DNA of 63,486 bases, counting the filler, from Choristocarpus tenellus KU-1152 (Eukaryota; Protista; Phaeophyceae), in NCBI GenBank assembly GCA_964200185.2. It is 9 parts of 9 records of this genome, joined end to end, with 100 filler letters (N's around TTAATTAATTAA, not from the genome) between each part and the next. Parts side by side here need not be neighbours in the genome. Positions count along the whole stretch, not along the records: positions 12,883 to 30,049 come from CAXNAD020000711.1; 8 more parts are not named here. One strand, written 5' to 3'. The position numbers and the translations under genes are program-made. Below the pieces are notes generated by a model that was given only the letters and a program-made list of their open reading frames with translations, was not told the DNA's origin and did not search any database. Below are positions 12,783-26,768 of this stretch, piece by piece. Each line of letters opens with the position of its first letter. The first letter of the stretch is position 1.

Positions 12783-12941
12783 NNNNNNNNNNNNNNNNNN
12801 NNNNNNNNNNNNNNNNNNNNNNNNNNTTAATTAATTAANNNNNNNNNNNNNNNNNNNNNNNNNNNNNNNNNNNNNNNNNNNNATCACATCCCCCCCCCCC
12901 CCCCCCCCTCCCCTGCCTCCATCATGTACAATATAGTGTAC

Positions 12942-15900
12942 CTGGAGCAAGCAGCTTAGATCACCGCTCTCATAGATGGGAGGCACACATGTTGGGTGCT
13001 CAGCAAGACCCGCCAAAACTCTTAGGGCCAGCAACGTTACTGACCCACTCCCAGCCCAACCCCCTGAATCCTCAGACCGGCCTGAATACACCTCACTTCC
13101 ACCTCTCTCATGAATACACCTCTCATGAAGTGACTTCCTCCACTCCCCCCGTCCCCACCCTGTCCCTTTGGCTGCGCTGCGCTGCCCCTCTTGAACTAAA
13201 CTGGCAAGGCTGAAGACAAGGCCGAGAGAGACCAGGCGAGCTGCGATTTCTGGGTCCGCCACAGTCAATGAGATCACTGTCAGCACACCAACATTCACAA
13301 AGGTTGCAGTTGTCTGCGCATCCGTTGGGGGGGGGGGAAGGTAGGGGACGAGACAGTCCAGTAAATTGGGGGAAGGAGGCATTTCATGGTCCCTTCAAAG
13401 AGTTCACCATGCCAATACTAGAGGGCCGATCTTCTGCAGTAAATTGGATTTACAGGGAAGGGACCAGCAAAAGCTTCATTGAGAGAGCTGGAGATTGGAA
13501 AACCCTCTCATTGTAACGCAAGAAGCATGATCAAGTTCTCATGACTAGGTTGCCGTCAAAGTGAAAACAAACACCACTGCGGAACAAACCATGAGCACTA
13601 CATGGTAACTGCCTGAGTGGGCACATCAACCTCCTCAACCATGCAAGTCAAACCCAACGGGATCCAACACAACAAATCCCTCGGAGTTAACAACAAAGGG
13701 AACATCTTACTTAAACTACGATATCCCCTTCCTTTACACATTACATCACAAAAAAATACAGAAGGAATCAATCACCAGGTCAGGCCAACAAGAGTGAGAA
13801 ATAAAATCATCAATATATGATGCTGGTTTTATGTGAGCGCTCTTTTGGAGAGGGTAGTTTCATGAGCGTCATTTGCCAGTGACATGGCCTTGTTACCTAA
13901 CCATGGGCCACAGATATTGCAAAACTACAGCGATACTAATTACAAATTAAAACACCACACTTTCAACCCACACATTGTTTGTGTGTGTGTGTGTGTTCCA
14001 TACTCTAACCCTTATAGCTGTGCAAGTGGTATTGCATCATTTGTGGGTACCAAGATGGAGCTTGATTCCTGAGTTAGGGCGAACATGAGGTAAATGAGAA
14101 CCAACTTTAATAAGCTCGAAAAAAAAGATGACACCAGAACTATCTTCTCTAGACCCTACAGTCAACACTCCATATCATGAAGGGGAACACTGGACACACC
14201 GATTGACATTGATTCGCAAAAATAAAAGAATTTTAAGATGACACTAAAAAAAAAATCCAGATCTCCCATCTACAGGTATTAGTACTTCATTTTAATATTT
14301 AAATCCTGATTCTAAACTTAAGAACAAAATGTGAACCCCCCCCTGTAGCGTCCTTCATCAAACGGAGTTACAAAAAACATACTTCAAGCAGCACCCAAAC
14401 ACTTGAACTCCCTCCCTACACGGCACTAGCGATTTGACAAAGTTTCAGATTTCTAGACTTAAAAATAAATAAATATATAGCACGCAAGTCGTAAGCTGAC
14501 AGTCTAGGGTCATACGGTTAGTAATCCTTGAAAAACCTAGCCATATCAACCCCCCCTAAAAACTCACAATAATTCTATCTTACACGAGACACCAGAACCT
14601 CATCATCTCACCGCAGAGTCTCCCACGAGGCAATCCACAACCAGCACATCAAGCAGTCCCCTGAACTGAGAGTGGCCTATGATCAAGGGGCGCAAGAATT
14701 TACTTGTTGTCAAATCTGCTAGCAGTGCCAAGGATCTCACCACCAGACCACTGCAGCCCTCCCCCTCTTCCCATTCAATGTGGCCTCTACCTCCAGTTGC
14801 AACTCCAATACCGCATTCACTGTCCATGAGAAGCCTGCAAAGATCTCCCACCAAATGTGTAACGGCTGCAGTTGTCGCCTCTGAGATAGTCCCATCCCCC
14901 GCCCCTCCATTTTTTGACCCCAGTAGTGCCCCCTCACCCTTATTTCTGCTTCTCTCCCCATCCTCCATCGCCAGGAAAGCAGAGAGGCAATCAAGGGTAA
15001 GGAGTGTCATTGCCCCCCTCTCTTCACTTCCCGGGTTTGGGGAGTTGATGATAGCCCACCCTTGTTTATCCCTGCACTTGGAAAGTAGGTTTACCAGTTG
15101 GGAGATGACCCCAACCTCAGTCATGGATGACATGTTGGCGACCCTATTAGCCGTCAGTGGCTTTGATGTCCCCTCTGCTATTGATGTACCCCTTGAAAGG
15201 GCCCATGCCAGCCTTAAGGCTGCACGGGAAATGTTTCCTGATCCCCTCACCCCCTCCCCTTTCACCACTCCTCCAATACTGGGACCACTGGGCTCCCCAC
15301 CGAGCAACAGTGGCACTGATAGTTGACCCAACTTCTGACCTCCCACAGAAAAACTGGCTGCAGAACACAAAGATCCACTTGCACGAGCTGCATATGTTGG
15401 CAGCCATTTTATCATGTCCTGTATGCCGAGACCCTTGGGGAGGGCTGGTGCCCCACAGACACTACCAGCTGCAAGGAGGGCGGCCTCCAGCATAGCCTGA
15501 TAGTGCTCACTATCAACACTACCAACACCGCTCACATCATAATCTGCCAAATCCTCCAGGGTGGCCGTAATGATGTCCCATGGGGCGGTGGGTCTCCCAG
15601 TTTGAGGCACGGTGGCAGATGTAGCAGAATTTGAAGCGGGGGTAACATCTTCATCGATCCCAGCAACTGCTAGGAAGAGGCCATGAACGGCTGGGTCTGG
15701 GCATGATGCCAGTCCATGAAGGGCCAGAAGCGCTGATGTTGCCATGGTAACAGCATTTGTATGACCAATATTTGTAGTTGTGGCGGTCGTATCTTTAGGG
15801 GCAGCTTGGACAGGGTCATTATCACCAGCAAGCTTCAAGGCCATAGCTCGGTCGGCTTCCAGCGACATCTGCAGGGATTCGTTCTTTCCCTTCCCCTGTC

Positions 15901-17780
15901 CAAATCTCCCTACCCATAGCACATCAAGACCTGGTGCGACATAGTCCCTAGCCAGCATGCCGACAGCACCCTCCGACACTAGGGCAAGGCAAACTTCCCC
16001 TGCTTCCCTGGAGTGCATCACACCTGGGAGCATTAGCAGGGTGGCCAGGGCTATCAGGGATGCATACGCTTGTGGTCGGCCCAGAGCTACTGTGTCGCCT
16101 CCCTGGACACTCCCTGCCGCTGTGGACACCAATGCTGGGGAACACACTCCAGCGACTGTGGCAGCCCAGAGTCCAGATAGAGCACCGCAGGTGACCATCT
16201 CCTCCCCAATGGACCTAGTCAGACCTTCTCCAGAAGTAGGGCAACAGGATATAAGCAACAACACCAGCTCTGAGGCGAGGCCACGGATGGTTGGGTCTTG
16301 TCGGTGGAGGAGCTGCACTGCCTGTCCTGTGGCTCCAATTGTTGACAGCTCTGCAACTGTGCTCTCTGCCTCTATGGAGAGTCAAGTACAGTCACCACAT
16401 CAATTTTATGTGTTGGGGGGGAGGGGATGTAAGGCAAAAAGTGATGGAAGTTCGTGCGGACCTTAATTGGACTGGAAGAGAGGGAAGAGAGGGGCCTGAG
16501 GAAGGAGAAGTGTGGTTGGGCTGGTTTGTGAATCAAGGAGAGTGTGCCGTTGATTTCTATTGGTTCCAAGGCAGAATGTCGCAACCGTGCAGGGCTCTGC
16601 ACTACAAATTCACCACACTTCTAACTGATACTACACTGCGAGCATGACATAGTTTGTTGGGTTCAACACAGGCATTTTTAACACAATGTCTCTGGCTGAC
16701 GATACGGTCAACCCCTCTGCCCTCACTCCTCTGCAACCACTGACGTTACACATGCACGTACACATGTTACATTTTTGAAGTAGAAGAGGAAGGTGCCACC
16801 CAGCAATGAAATTCGAAAGGGGCACGCAAAGAGGTACACTATAGCCGCCTTAAACACTTTGCTTAGCTCATAAGCAGATCGAATATTACAGACACGCACG
16901 ACTAGTCCCAAATAAGACTTGCAGCCATGGCATCCTTTTCCCTCCACAACAAGCCCTCCCCCCATCAATACCACCCATAGCCCCACCTTTCCCCACCTTT
17001 CCCCACCCCAACACGCCTTTCATCCTTGCTACTATGAAGACAACAGGAAATCACCTGGCGTTCCCGTTAAGCCCCGCAACAGCCCCGTCAGTGTCACAAG
17101 TGACCCCTGCAGCAACAACCCCAAAACAGGCTCTGCCGTCACCTCTCCCTCTATCACCTCCAGCCAGCTTGCAGCCGCACGGACAGCCCCAGCCCCCTGC
17201 AAGGCCCTTGCCAGCCCTGAGTGAGAGGCGAGGTGTGCTAGAAGATCCATTGCACCTGCGGCAACAGATCGACTTGACCGATTTATTGGAGCACCCCTAC
17301 CGCTGTTTCTGCCCCACGTTGTGCCCTGGGGTGTAGGCACTCCCAACCTTGAGTCAGTTGGAGAGCCAGTTGCTGGGCTTTCTGCTAGGATGGCAACGAG
17401 TGGATAGGCCACCCCTGCCTGTGCACAGTGTGTGTGTGTATGTGTGATTTAGATGGCATCGTCAACATAGGACGTCAGAGACAAGTAAGTATATCATGAA
17501 CTAATGGTTTGTCTGTGGTTGACAATACTCTGCTGTGATACATTAATTGGATGTTTTTCCGGACCGACCGAATGATTGTCCTGTTGCGCTTCAACTTTGG
17601 CAAGAGAGTCCATGGGTCATGGGACTTAAGATTGATGATGGTAGAAAACGTAAAAACTAAAAGTACTCCATTTCAATGCACCCTGAGGACACCACCAGTG
17701 GTGCATCTATACCCTTTCCTCACCAACGAACCATCTTTCAATAGCTCTTAAGAAATACACATAGACAAACATTCATTACT

Positions 17781-17813
<33 letters not shown>

Positions 17814-20800
17814 AAAAAACCGTAAAAACAATCACCAGAAAAACGACAAACTCTTAAAAAATTCTCGCATTATCTTCCGTGGGGGGNNNNNNNNNNTCCT
17901 TAAAAGCTTCTAAAAAAAAACCCAAAAAAAAAAATATTTATTTCCCCCCCCCCCCCCCCCCCTTCCCCTTCCCAAATAAGAACTCTGAAAGAGTATTCCG
18001 TAGAACACTGAAGAACTTTGAAAATTTTCAGGGCTTTTCATCGGGCAGGGGGAATGCTAAGGGACACATCAATCCATAGGGTGGACCAGTTCCAATAATC
18101 TCTGACATATCCAGGACCAGGCACAAAAGGTATAGGAATCTATCTGGTATGTGGATTGGGAAGGTTCCAAACATTTCCAGACCAGCCCCGGCAGACATTG
18201 CATCCTGAACAATCAGGCTGACCTGTGGCCACACTAAGACATACATGCTACAAAGTTGGGTCCAATCTGACTCCAACTAATTCCAACTACGATATATGAA
18301 AAAGAGTGACTGAAGAAGGGTGTATAAAAAAACAAGCTTATCATCACGTGTACCTAGAAAAAACTGTGACGAATTTCGACAAGGCTGTTCCAGTTAAAAT
18401 ACAATTTCTATCCACGACTGACTTCTATTTCAACATGGTCGGCTTGCATGCCAGGTCACAACCAATATTTTCCAAAAAGGTTGGTTCCATGGCTGTTAAC
18501 CACAGTTACAACCTGTCCAGGCCATGTGCTGGCATGTGACTATGGCCTGAACCCTTGCCATTCTAAATGCCTGGGCTGATGAAAATCGTGATATCTCTTA
18601 TAATCACTATTGGGAATTATTTAAAGACAATATATATATATATTTGTTCTTGGGCTGCTATGCCCACTTACTCTACCTTTGTGAACACATTTCAATTCTA
18701 ATCAAGTACAGCACATCAGAACATTTGAATCGATTGAATTTACACTCACCGAACCTTTTGACAAACAACGCAATCTCTGTTCGACACTCACTGCATACCT
18801 CACTGAATGTCCTAAACCTTTCAAACTATTCGGCACTTGGCTAGTAAGTCCGTTTGCACTACCCTGAAGTGAACCACACACATTCACCAACAGAAGCAGT
18901 CACAAACTCCACTTACCTCCATCGCAGCCTCTGCCACACTGACTGGACTGAGGCCCGGACCTTGTGCACTAGCTGCAACAGCAAGTGCTGCACACGCCTG
19001 CTGTGCAACGCCCGGAAAACCTGTGTAGCTGGTCACCAGCTGGCAGAGTGGGCGCACGCCACCCAACGCAATCAGGCTCAAGGTAGAGGAAGGGCAGTGA
19101 AGAAGGAGACGGCAGAGCGTCGCACACAGCCAGAGCCTGAGTGGTCTCTCTGCTGCAGCTTCTGCTTCCAATCCCTCATCTGTCCAGACCCCACCACCAT
19201 CTCTGACATTGCCTCTTATGGCGCAAGATTTAAGTACAGTCACTATTGCCTGAGAAGAATGTGGGGATGCAACGGTGGGTAAGAGCAGGGAGTTATTAGA
19301 GAGAGAGACAGAAAGAGAGAGAGAGAGCAAGCAGGTGTGTGTTTGTGTTGAGGTTCTCATGCTTAAAACCCTCTGCTGCCAACCAAACCGCCCACCACAT
19401 AATGAATTCAACTGTTCTGAAAGACAGACGGCACTGCTCACACACGCTGACCAGGGTGTCGTCAGAAAGCTCTACAACTAAAACAGGCAAGAAAACGGAT
19501 CCAACAAAAAGAAATAAAATATACATGGACTCCTTTTTCCTCACCTTCACTCGGCCCAAAGCAAGTTCGCCATCTTTAGCCAATTCAAAAAAATTCTGGT
19601 CGTCAACTATTCAGAAAAAGGTTTCACTGCTAAGCCCGGATTCTGATTAGATCCACCACGACACAGATGCCGATTTTCTTCAAAGATTCAAATTTTTGTA
19701 TCGCAGGCCCTTAATAAGTGGCGAACACTGTCGCAGTAGAGGTCACTGGATGGTCCTTTCATTAGGTCTTACTCTTAGAGAAATACTTAAGAGGAAACTA
19801 GACTGTGCAATTTCCTATCTCGGGACCGGTTCTGGAAGGACAGAAAACCAACCAAAGCTTCCAATCTGAATGACAGCTTCTTGAGCTGCCCTGGGTCGCT
19901 CTGTAGCGACATGTAGCCAGATCATTTGGTCCCCTGGACCTTGAGAGTGGCCCCCACTTGTGCGGGCTCATCTATACGCATCTACGTAGAGCTGTGTTCA
20001 TGCAGAATGATTGCGTTGATCAAAACCCCTCAAGAATCGATGCATTCTTGAAAACACGTTATATTAATGGCATCACCCAATATATACATGCCATTGAGCA
20101 TCTCCAATCCTCTTACCGGTATCATTCTGAGAGGATTTCAGGACCATTATCCAAAATGCCCCGTCTTCTCATAATCAATAGCCTTAAACCAGACACAGAA
20201 TCTTCTTGCCGAGGTCGTCTACATGGCCCTTGTTGACCCTTTAATCCCCGACACTTGACAAAGTTTAGCCACGCACTTGAGTATTAATAAATTGTCATTG
20301 TCGCCTGGACCACATTGGGAAAAATCACATCTCACTCTCCTCTTGAAAAACACATCACACGTAAACATCACCGAAAGTGTTACTGCAAAAAAAGTTACAA
20401 AAAAAATACTTCCCTCTCCAGAGGTATCCAGTTAAGCAGCAGCTGTAGTGGAATCAGAGAGGACGCATTGTACCCAGACCTATCACCGACCTCAATTTAT
20501 GACAGTCGCCATATTTTCCTGGCCCTCTTAGCTTGTAAGACTTCAACTATTGAGGAATTGGTCCCTAATCTCCACTCTCAAATTTTTCAGGGGTCAACCT
20601 TTTCCATCCATCAATAAAAAGGATGCAAAGCAGCATGTGACAAGATGGTAAGATCATGGCCACAAATCATCAAGGATCTCCATCCAACCATTTGGAATTG
20701 AGGCTTTTGCTATATTGACTCAGGGAATCCCTGCCGGAGGTGCAAACTGATGTGGGGTGGGGAAGATTTCTCTCATGAAGATGGCCACATGGGTTTTAAT

Positions 20801-23502
20801 TACTGAAAGGGGGTGGTGAAATTCAACTTTAGAGCAGGCATAGGCTTGACAGAAACCTCTCCGATCAACTCATGTGTACAACTCACTACACACCAAACGG
20901 CACTTCTCTTGAGAGGGGCAAGGTTGGCATTGTCCTTCCACTGCATTTGATGTACCTCTCCCTCTCCCTCTCAAAATCACCCCTCCAAAACAAGTAATCC
21001 AATCTACCCCCATGTCCTCCCATGCACTCCCAGCCCAATGCCAAAGTTACTGTAACACAGGGCGAAACCTTCCCACTCAACAGCTTCCAACTCACCTCCA
21101 ATCCCCCCCTATCCACAATTTGCTCTACTTCCACACCCCCACCACGCCTCAAACTGGAGGCAGCAGCGGCGGGTTCATTGGAGGAAGCCAGGTAGAAGAG
21201 GGTCTTTGATGCCTCAGTCCTTGCTGGGGCGATATGTAGACATCTCAGCAGCCCGTCAAGGGTGGCATCAGGCATGCTAGATCCCACCCCCGCCCCGGAT
21301 TGGGAGGACACATACAAACATGCACCCAAAAGGCGGCAAGTGAATGCGCACACGTCAAAGGGGACCTGTAGGGGTGCACAATGACATAAACCCGGTTGCG
21401 GTGGTTTTTGTCCAGCCAACCACACACACACACACACAGGTTGTGACAGAACCAACCGATAAGAGAGCAGTGTCCATCGACATGTCGGAGCAGGGCAGAG
21501 TGATAGGCAAAAATAGACGGTGACAGGAGGAGGGGCAGAGGAAATTTCCTGTCAAGATAGAAGACCTGATAATAATGCCAAGGGGGGGGGAAGAATCTCA
21601 ATGTGGCACATGGTGGGGATTCAAAGATTCCCCTTCCACCCCAGCTGAAGTGTTGCCTTTAGTTCCATTTACTTTGCCATCCCAACTCACATCATTTGAG
21701 AGCATTGGAGCCAAGGCCAAGAACAGGGCTGAGAGTCCACCAGTTACTTGCTCCATTTCACCAAGACCTGTCTTGGTCTCCTTTTCCCACTCTATTCCGA
21801 GCCCTGCCCCCATCCCAGCCTCTGTCCCTGCATCAACAACCACTTCTGCCCCTGGTTCTACCTTCACCCCAGTGCCAACCTCCCCCCCTCCTGTTCCCAA
21901 GCCCTTAGCACGAGCCTCCAAGATTCGACAGAGGCCATGAACTGCGGAATGCTTGTGGAAGGTATCTGCTCCAGGCGATGCAATGATAGTTGAGAGCCGG
22001 AGCAGGCAGAATCCAACTCCCCGATCTAAGTGAGCCTTGCAAGGCTTGCAGCACCTTTCGACGCGGTGTTCATCCTGTATTGCGCGGTCCTTATGGTGCT
22101 CAATCCCCGGGATGTGGGACTTTGAGGGTGAGCATGAGGAACATACCACTTCACCACAGCAACGGCAATGATGACGCCGCCTGTATGGTGTGAAGCGCTC
22201 ATGACAACGTACACACTTGCATTGTGGCGAAAAAACAATTGACGCAATCAAAATAGTGCTGTTGTCATCTGTACTTCCAATGTATTGAGTAAATGCTGTG
22301 CATGTATTTGGTGTCATTGCCGACATGGTTTTCATCACATTGTGGGGGAGAGGAAGAGGAGTATATGCATAGCCAATGGAAGAGAAGTGGTAGCCTTATC
22401 AGTGAGACAACGGTCAAGGTTGACAGCAGAGCTACATGGAACAGCCTTGAAATGGCTGAGGAACGCTTGCAATAACACATCACTCAGGCTGACGCCCAGA
22501 GCATAAACTTTGAACATCAAACACGTACGATCTTAAATTATCCAGCTTTAATCAATGCTGGTGGTCAAGTTCTCCACAGAACCACATCAATGCCAATCTA
22601 CAACCCCAAACGCCTTACCTCTTGTCGAATGTCATTTGGGACGGTGTATGGAGATATGGTGACTTCTTCAGTCATCGAGGAACGCTGGACTGGGCTTCCA
22701 GGTTTCTTAGCCTTGCTGGGTGATTTTGAAGTCTTACCCCTTCTCTTGTTCTGTACGTGTGGCAGTCAACAGTGAAGTCGTTAGTGGTAATGAACACGGG
22801 CCCGTAGAGATCATTGGCATGGGGGTGAAACACGTGTCGATCGCCAGGGGAGAAGACCAAGACGAGTTGCTTGTTGGCGTATTGTTAGTTCGTGAGTTAT
22901 CTAACTTGATGGGACCAGTAGGTTTGAGGTCAAAACGGTCAAGACAGGTCCATCCACATCTTTTGAGTTCAAATTCGTAGGTGCATTGGACCCTCTACGC
23001 CATAGATATTTTCCAAACACATGTCATCAGTGCATTAAATTTCGGTGCCAAGACCATTATAATGCAGTGGCGAACAAGTCCTGTTTTCTCGTACCTCCTG
23101 TGGTGGCGTGGCGGAGACAGATTCATCAGGCAGAAAGTCTTCTGACTCTGCCAACTCACTGCTCTTTGGACTCAGCGTTGGGGTACTGACAGATCGTGGG
23201 TCTACCCAAGTGCTTCTTTGCGTGGAGTAGTCAACGAAGTATATGTTTCCCTGAGGAACATCACGGTCACCAAAGTACGAAGTTGAAGTTTCTCCAATAA
23301 GCGGTCTATACCCACGGGCTTGAGTGAAAAAAGGTCTCCAAAGTCCAGTGTCGAGAGCGAGTAAAGAACAAATGAGATTTGTAGTTATCACGCCAAGAAC
23401 CAGTAGTAGTCGTGTTGTTGCTGTTCATCTAGGACCTACCATCTCATCTTGCCGTTCCTCCCAGCCAGGCGGTAACGACTCAGCACCATTCTCCCTTGAC
23501 AT
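12942..23502 (-). CDS. WW domain + FYVE zinc finger + armadillo-like helical repeat protein (at least ~1325 aa, 3'-incomplete)
   Basis: GT-AG, phase-consistent exons: 23502-23440, 23250-23095, 22750-22619, 22215-21691, 21365-21096, 19249-18917, 17418-17055, 16371-14612, 13313-12942. The WW domain is split across exons 1-2 (LPPGWEERQDEM|GNIYFVDYSTQRSTWVDPR). FYVE: CVRCHERFTPYRRRHHCRCCGEVVCSSCS...RCCKPC. Downstream ARM-like segments include IVDRGGLEAIV, LIALGGVRPLCQL, AMEAGVAYPLVAIL and MTEVGVISQLVNLL. The gene runs off the contig. Confidence 0.85.
18029..18590. mobile_element. Degenerate non-autonomous element (family C, CAGGG terminus, possibly hAT-type) in an intron
   Basis: Left end CAGGGCTTTTCATCGGGC; degenerate right end CTGATGAAAATCGTG; same terminus as at 2557-2571. 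No TSD recognised. Confidence 0.4.
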
Positions 23503-23756
23503 TGCACTACAGAATCCGTGGGAGCAATGTCTACCCACGCAATACAACCTGGATATAATCTCTAGCCTGTGAAAGGGCGGCGAAACGGGACTGGAAGTTC
23601 CTACTCTGATCGGTGTGATCGGAGAACTCTCTTCACTCCATTATGTTGTATACAAAAGAGGCGTTGTTAGGGTTAGGTGTTAGGAGGTTTGTTTGTTCCT
23701 CCCATTCAAACTATAATATAGTAGTAGTCCACCTTCTATGCTCAAAGATAGGTGAC
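23503..23756. promoter_or_regulatory. Putative bidirectional promoter
   Basis: Only 254 bp separate the divergent ATGs at 23502 (-) and 23757 (+). The region is locally CpG-rich and has a GGGCGG at 23575-23580. Confidence 0.55.
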
Positions 23757-26700
23757 ATGGCGGGGACCCGCCTTGCTGCGCATACGTCCTTCCTTCTATT
23801 TACCATATTTTCCATCTACTTGGCATGGCGACTCGGGGCAGTGAAGCGAACAGCTCTACCCCTGGCAGGTATCGCCGACTTAAGCCTTACCAAGAATCTC
23901 CATCCTCTCCCTGTCCACATCGACATCGTCCTCGTGCATCACCCGGACGATTGCCAGCAATGCTCTGCTTTGCTTGATGCCATGGATAAGCCCTCCCTTG
24001 CTAGTGCAATCTTCCGAGAGGATCCAGATACAGTATCCAGGCGGGTGCTATCCATGCTAGGCCGCAGTTGGGATCCCCGTCGAGACGCCCTCGGATTCTC
24101 TGTCGGCGATGTCACCATCAGAAGGCTAAGCACAGGAACTAGTGCTGGAGGAATTCCCGTGGACCCTCCACTAAGTGATCCCGTCGCCATGGATGAATGG
24201 CTCCTGAGTTCAGTTCTGACCCTGGATGGAAACGCCAACAAAGTATACCACCGCAATCCTCGGTACTCTTTTTTTATCGGCTGTGGTGGGTCGGTAATGG
24301 AGGGAGGGGAGGAGCTGGGCTTCTTCATGGGAAAATATAGGCATGGCTATCTGGGACTTGGGTGTAACGGAGAGGCAGTGCCCGACGTAGAGACTGTGGG
24401 CGATGACGGGGCTGATGTTTCCCCTTATAGGAGGAACTCGAGGTTGGACAAAGCAGCTACTGCTGTCCTCCAGGGACTGGCAAGCCTTGTGATCGCTTAT
24501 GTGCTGCGCTCACCTGTGTCCCTGGGCGACGTGCACGTACGCCCAGGTCAGGCGTACCGCCTGAGCTTCACCTTATTGAGTGAGGACCCTGGGTTGCGAA
24601 GATGCACCTGGGATTTCACGGAGACGTCTCAGCGGTTCCTACGACCCATGCTGCGCAAGCTGTCTCCTTTCGCCCGCTTTGCCGTGCAGGTGATGGGGTA
24701 TGCTGACGTTGGTGGATAGAATGGTACATTGTGGCTGGTGGGAGGGTAAAACCAATTATGCACAAGACAATAGAGAACGAGGTCCTAGTTTTTGCTGTGC
24801 TAGACCAACTTATTATTTCCTGTGAGATTGTGACCTTGTGTATAGATGAGAGCCAGAGTGTACAGTTGCTTAGACTAATCAGAGTGTACACGCTTCAATA
24901 CCGTTGTGTACACATTGTCATTTGCCCACAATTTCAGTCGTGACAAAACTGACAAAATGGGCACCATGATTAGTAAATGTCTGGCCCGCCTCACACATCA
25001 CTGGAAGAGCAGTGCTTTACGATTGATCATCTGGTTAGCTACCACACCATTAAGTGCATATTAAACCCCGATTTAAAATACGGATTGTGCTGCAGTTTGG
25101 ACTTAGGGGTTATCTGAAATAGAAGTGTTAAAGTGAGCAGTAGGACAGCTATTGACATGATGGAATGTAGTGATTTGGAGAATTTCAACAAACGAAGGGT
25201 AAAGGATGCATCAGTGTAGTAACAATACTGTAGGAAATGGAAGAGACCTGTTGTAACCCCTAAATGCCTGGACCCACAAGCCTGGTCAGCAGTCAAAGTA
25301 CCCCAGGTTGCAATAGCACAACTATTGTACTTTAATCCTTCCCACTTCATTCCCTGCCTGATCCAAAACCACCTACCGACCTTTTCTGCTGTTCCAACCA
25401 CAGTCTCAGGAACTGCACTATGCCCGACTGTCAGCCACAACTGCACATACAGACAGGTCTGCTTGGAAAGAAAGGGGTGTATACTTGACCCCCATGGATC
25501 TGCGGGGGTTCATGGGAGCAAATGACTTCTCCATCCTTGACTTGGGAAGTAGCACCAATGCCACATCACCTCTGAGTGAAGTGGCTGTCAATTTCATGGT
25601 TTTCTGTCCGTCTGGGGCAAGTGGTCCCCTTGTCTTCCGAGAAGAGGAAGGTGGCCCTTCAACAGAGGCATATGAGGTTCCAGGTTTTGGGGGGGTATCT
25701 GTTGTGAACGATTTGAGGGGGTTTTCCGACTGTCGAGGAAGCAGCAGGCATGACTGCAGGGGAAACAGAGATGGGGTTGGAGAAGTAGTGGGAGAAGGTG
25801 AATGGGGGATTGGGAAATACAGATCAGGTCAACAGGAAAAAGATATGATTGATAATGTTGTTGACAGTCTCGGACCGAGAGATCTCCGCCAGTCTATGGG
25901 TGCACATATCTCTCAGCTCCGACGAATTGTCGGTCTGCCAAGCCCTTCGGACAGACCCTTGCAACTACCATGGCCCATAGAATACCTACAACCTCCACAT
26001 ACATCAGACAGTGAAAACCATACAGATGTAAAGGCACCACCATCATTGCTACCGCTTGTGTTCCTTCCCTCTCCATCGGATGGGGTAACAGACTGGGAGG
26101 TTGATGCACTGCTGCGAGCAGGCTTCCTATACCACCGAAGAGCTGCAGTGGAAACCCTTCTATCGCTGGCGGCCTTGGTAGCATCCCGGCCTGAAATGGA
26201 GGTAGGGTTTAAGGTCGCAGCTGATGTTCGTGAGGCACTTGAGGAACTTGCAGCAGCTGATATTGCAGTGGCAGGAGCAGGGTCTGCACGAAATCCAGGG
26301 ACTCAGGCAGGGGGCAGGGTTGGGGGTGCGAGTGAGAGCTTGGACAGTATGGGAACAGGAACACCAGTAGCAACAGATTCAGTGAGGGGTTATGAGGAAG
26401 CTATGCAAAGTGCACGGGAAGCAGCCCGCCGGGCAGAGGCTGCCTACTTTGACCACACTATGGTTCCCCAACTGTACTTCCCTCTCAGTCACCTCCTTGT
26501 CGCTGTGTACCTGCCCTTTTTGGGGCCTCTTGCCTTTCCCTTGTTGTGGGGATTTGTGCAAGAAGTAAGGCGTTATTTGCAGAAGAAGCGTCGCAAACAT
26601 GCAAGTAAGAGCATGACCGGGGCACAAAAGGAGGCAGAGGATAAATCGAATGGAACTGGCAACGACCAGGCAACTGAAGGCATAGGAGGCATGTCTGCAG

Positions 26701-26768
26701 AATCAGGCTGTGAGTCAGAGTCAACCTTCAAGACAAGGTTAGGTACAGGGGAAACATTGGGAGGATAG
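23757..26768 (+). CDS. PIGS: GPI transamidase subunit PIG-S (Gpi17), ~765 aa, 2 exons
   Basis: Exons 23757-24689 (CAG|GTGATG) and 25404-26768 (CCACAG|). N-terminal TM helix followed by W-R...R..LP; YRLSFTLL; F.VQ|SQELHY; PGFGGVSVVN; SQLRRIVGL; GVTDWEVDALLR; and the C-terminal signature AYFDHTMVPQLYFP..H..AVYLPF..P followed by a TM helix and a basic tail. An upstream in-frame ATG exists at 23643. Confidence 0.9.

Noticed and set aside
14679-16466. Long plus-strand ORFs (14679-15326, 15957-16466; also 23939-24328 minus and 61157-61753 plus)
   Set aside because: Antisense shadows of real or decayed coding sequence on the opposite strand.
17783-17962. Long poly-C/poly-A runs around a 10-N gap
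   Set aside because: Pattern of low-quality sequence after a homopolymer; not reliable.
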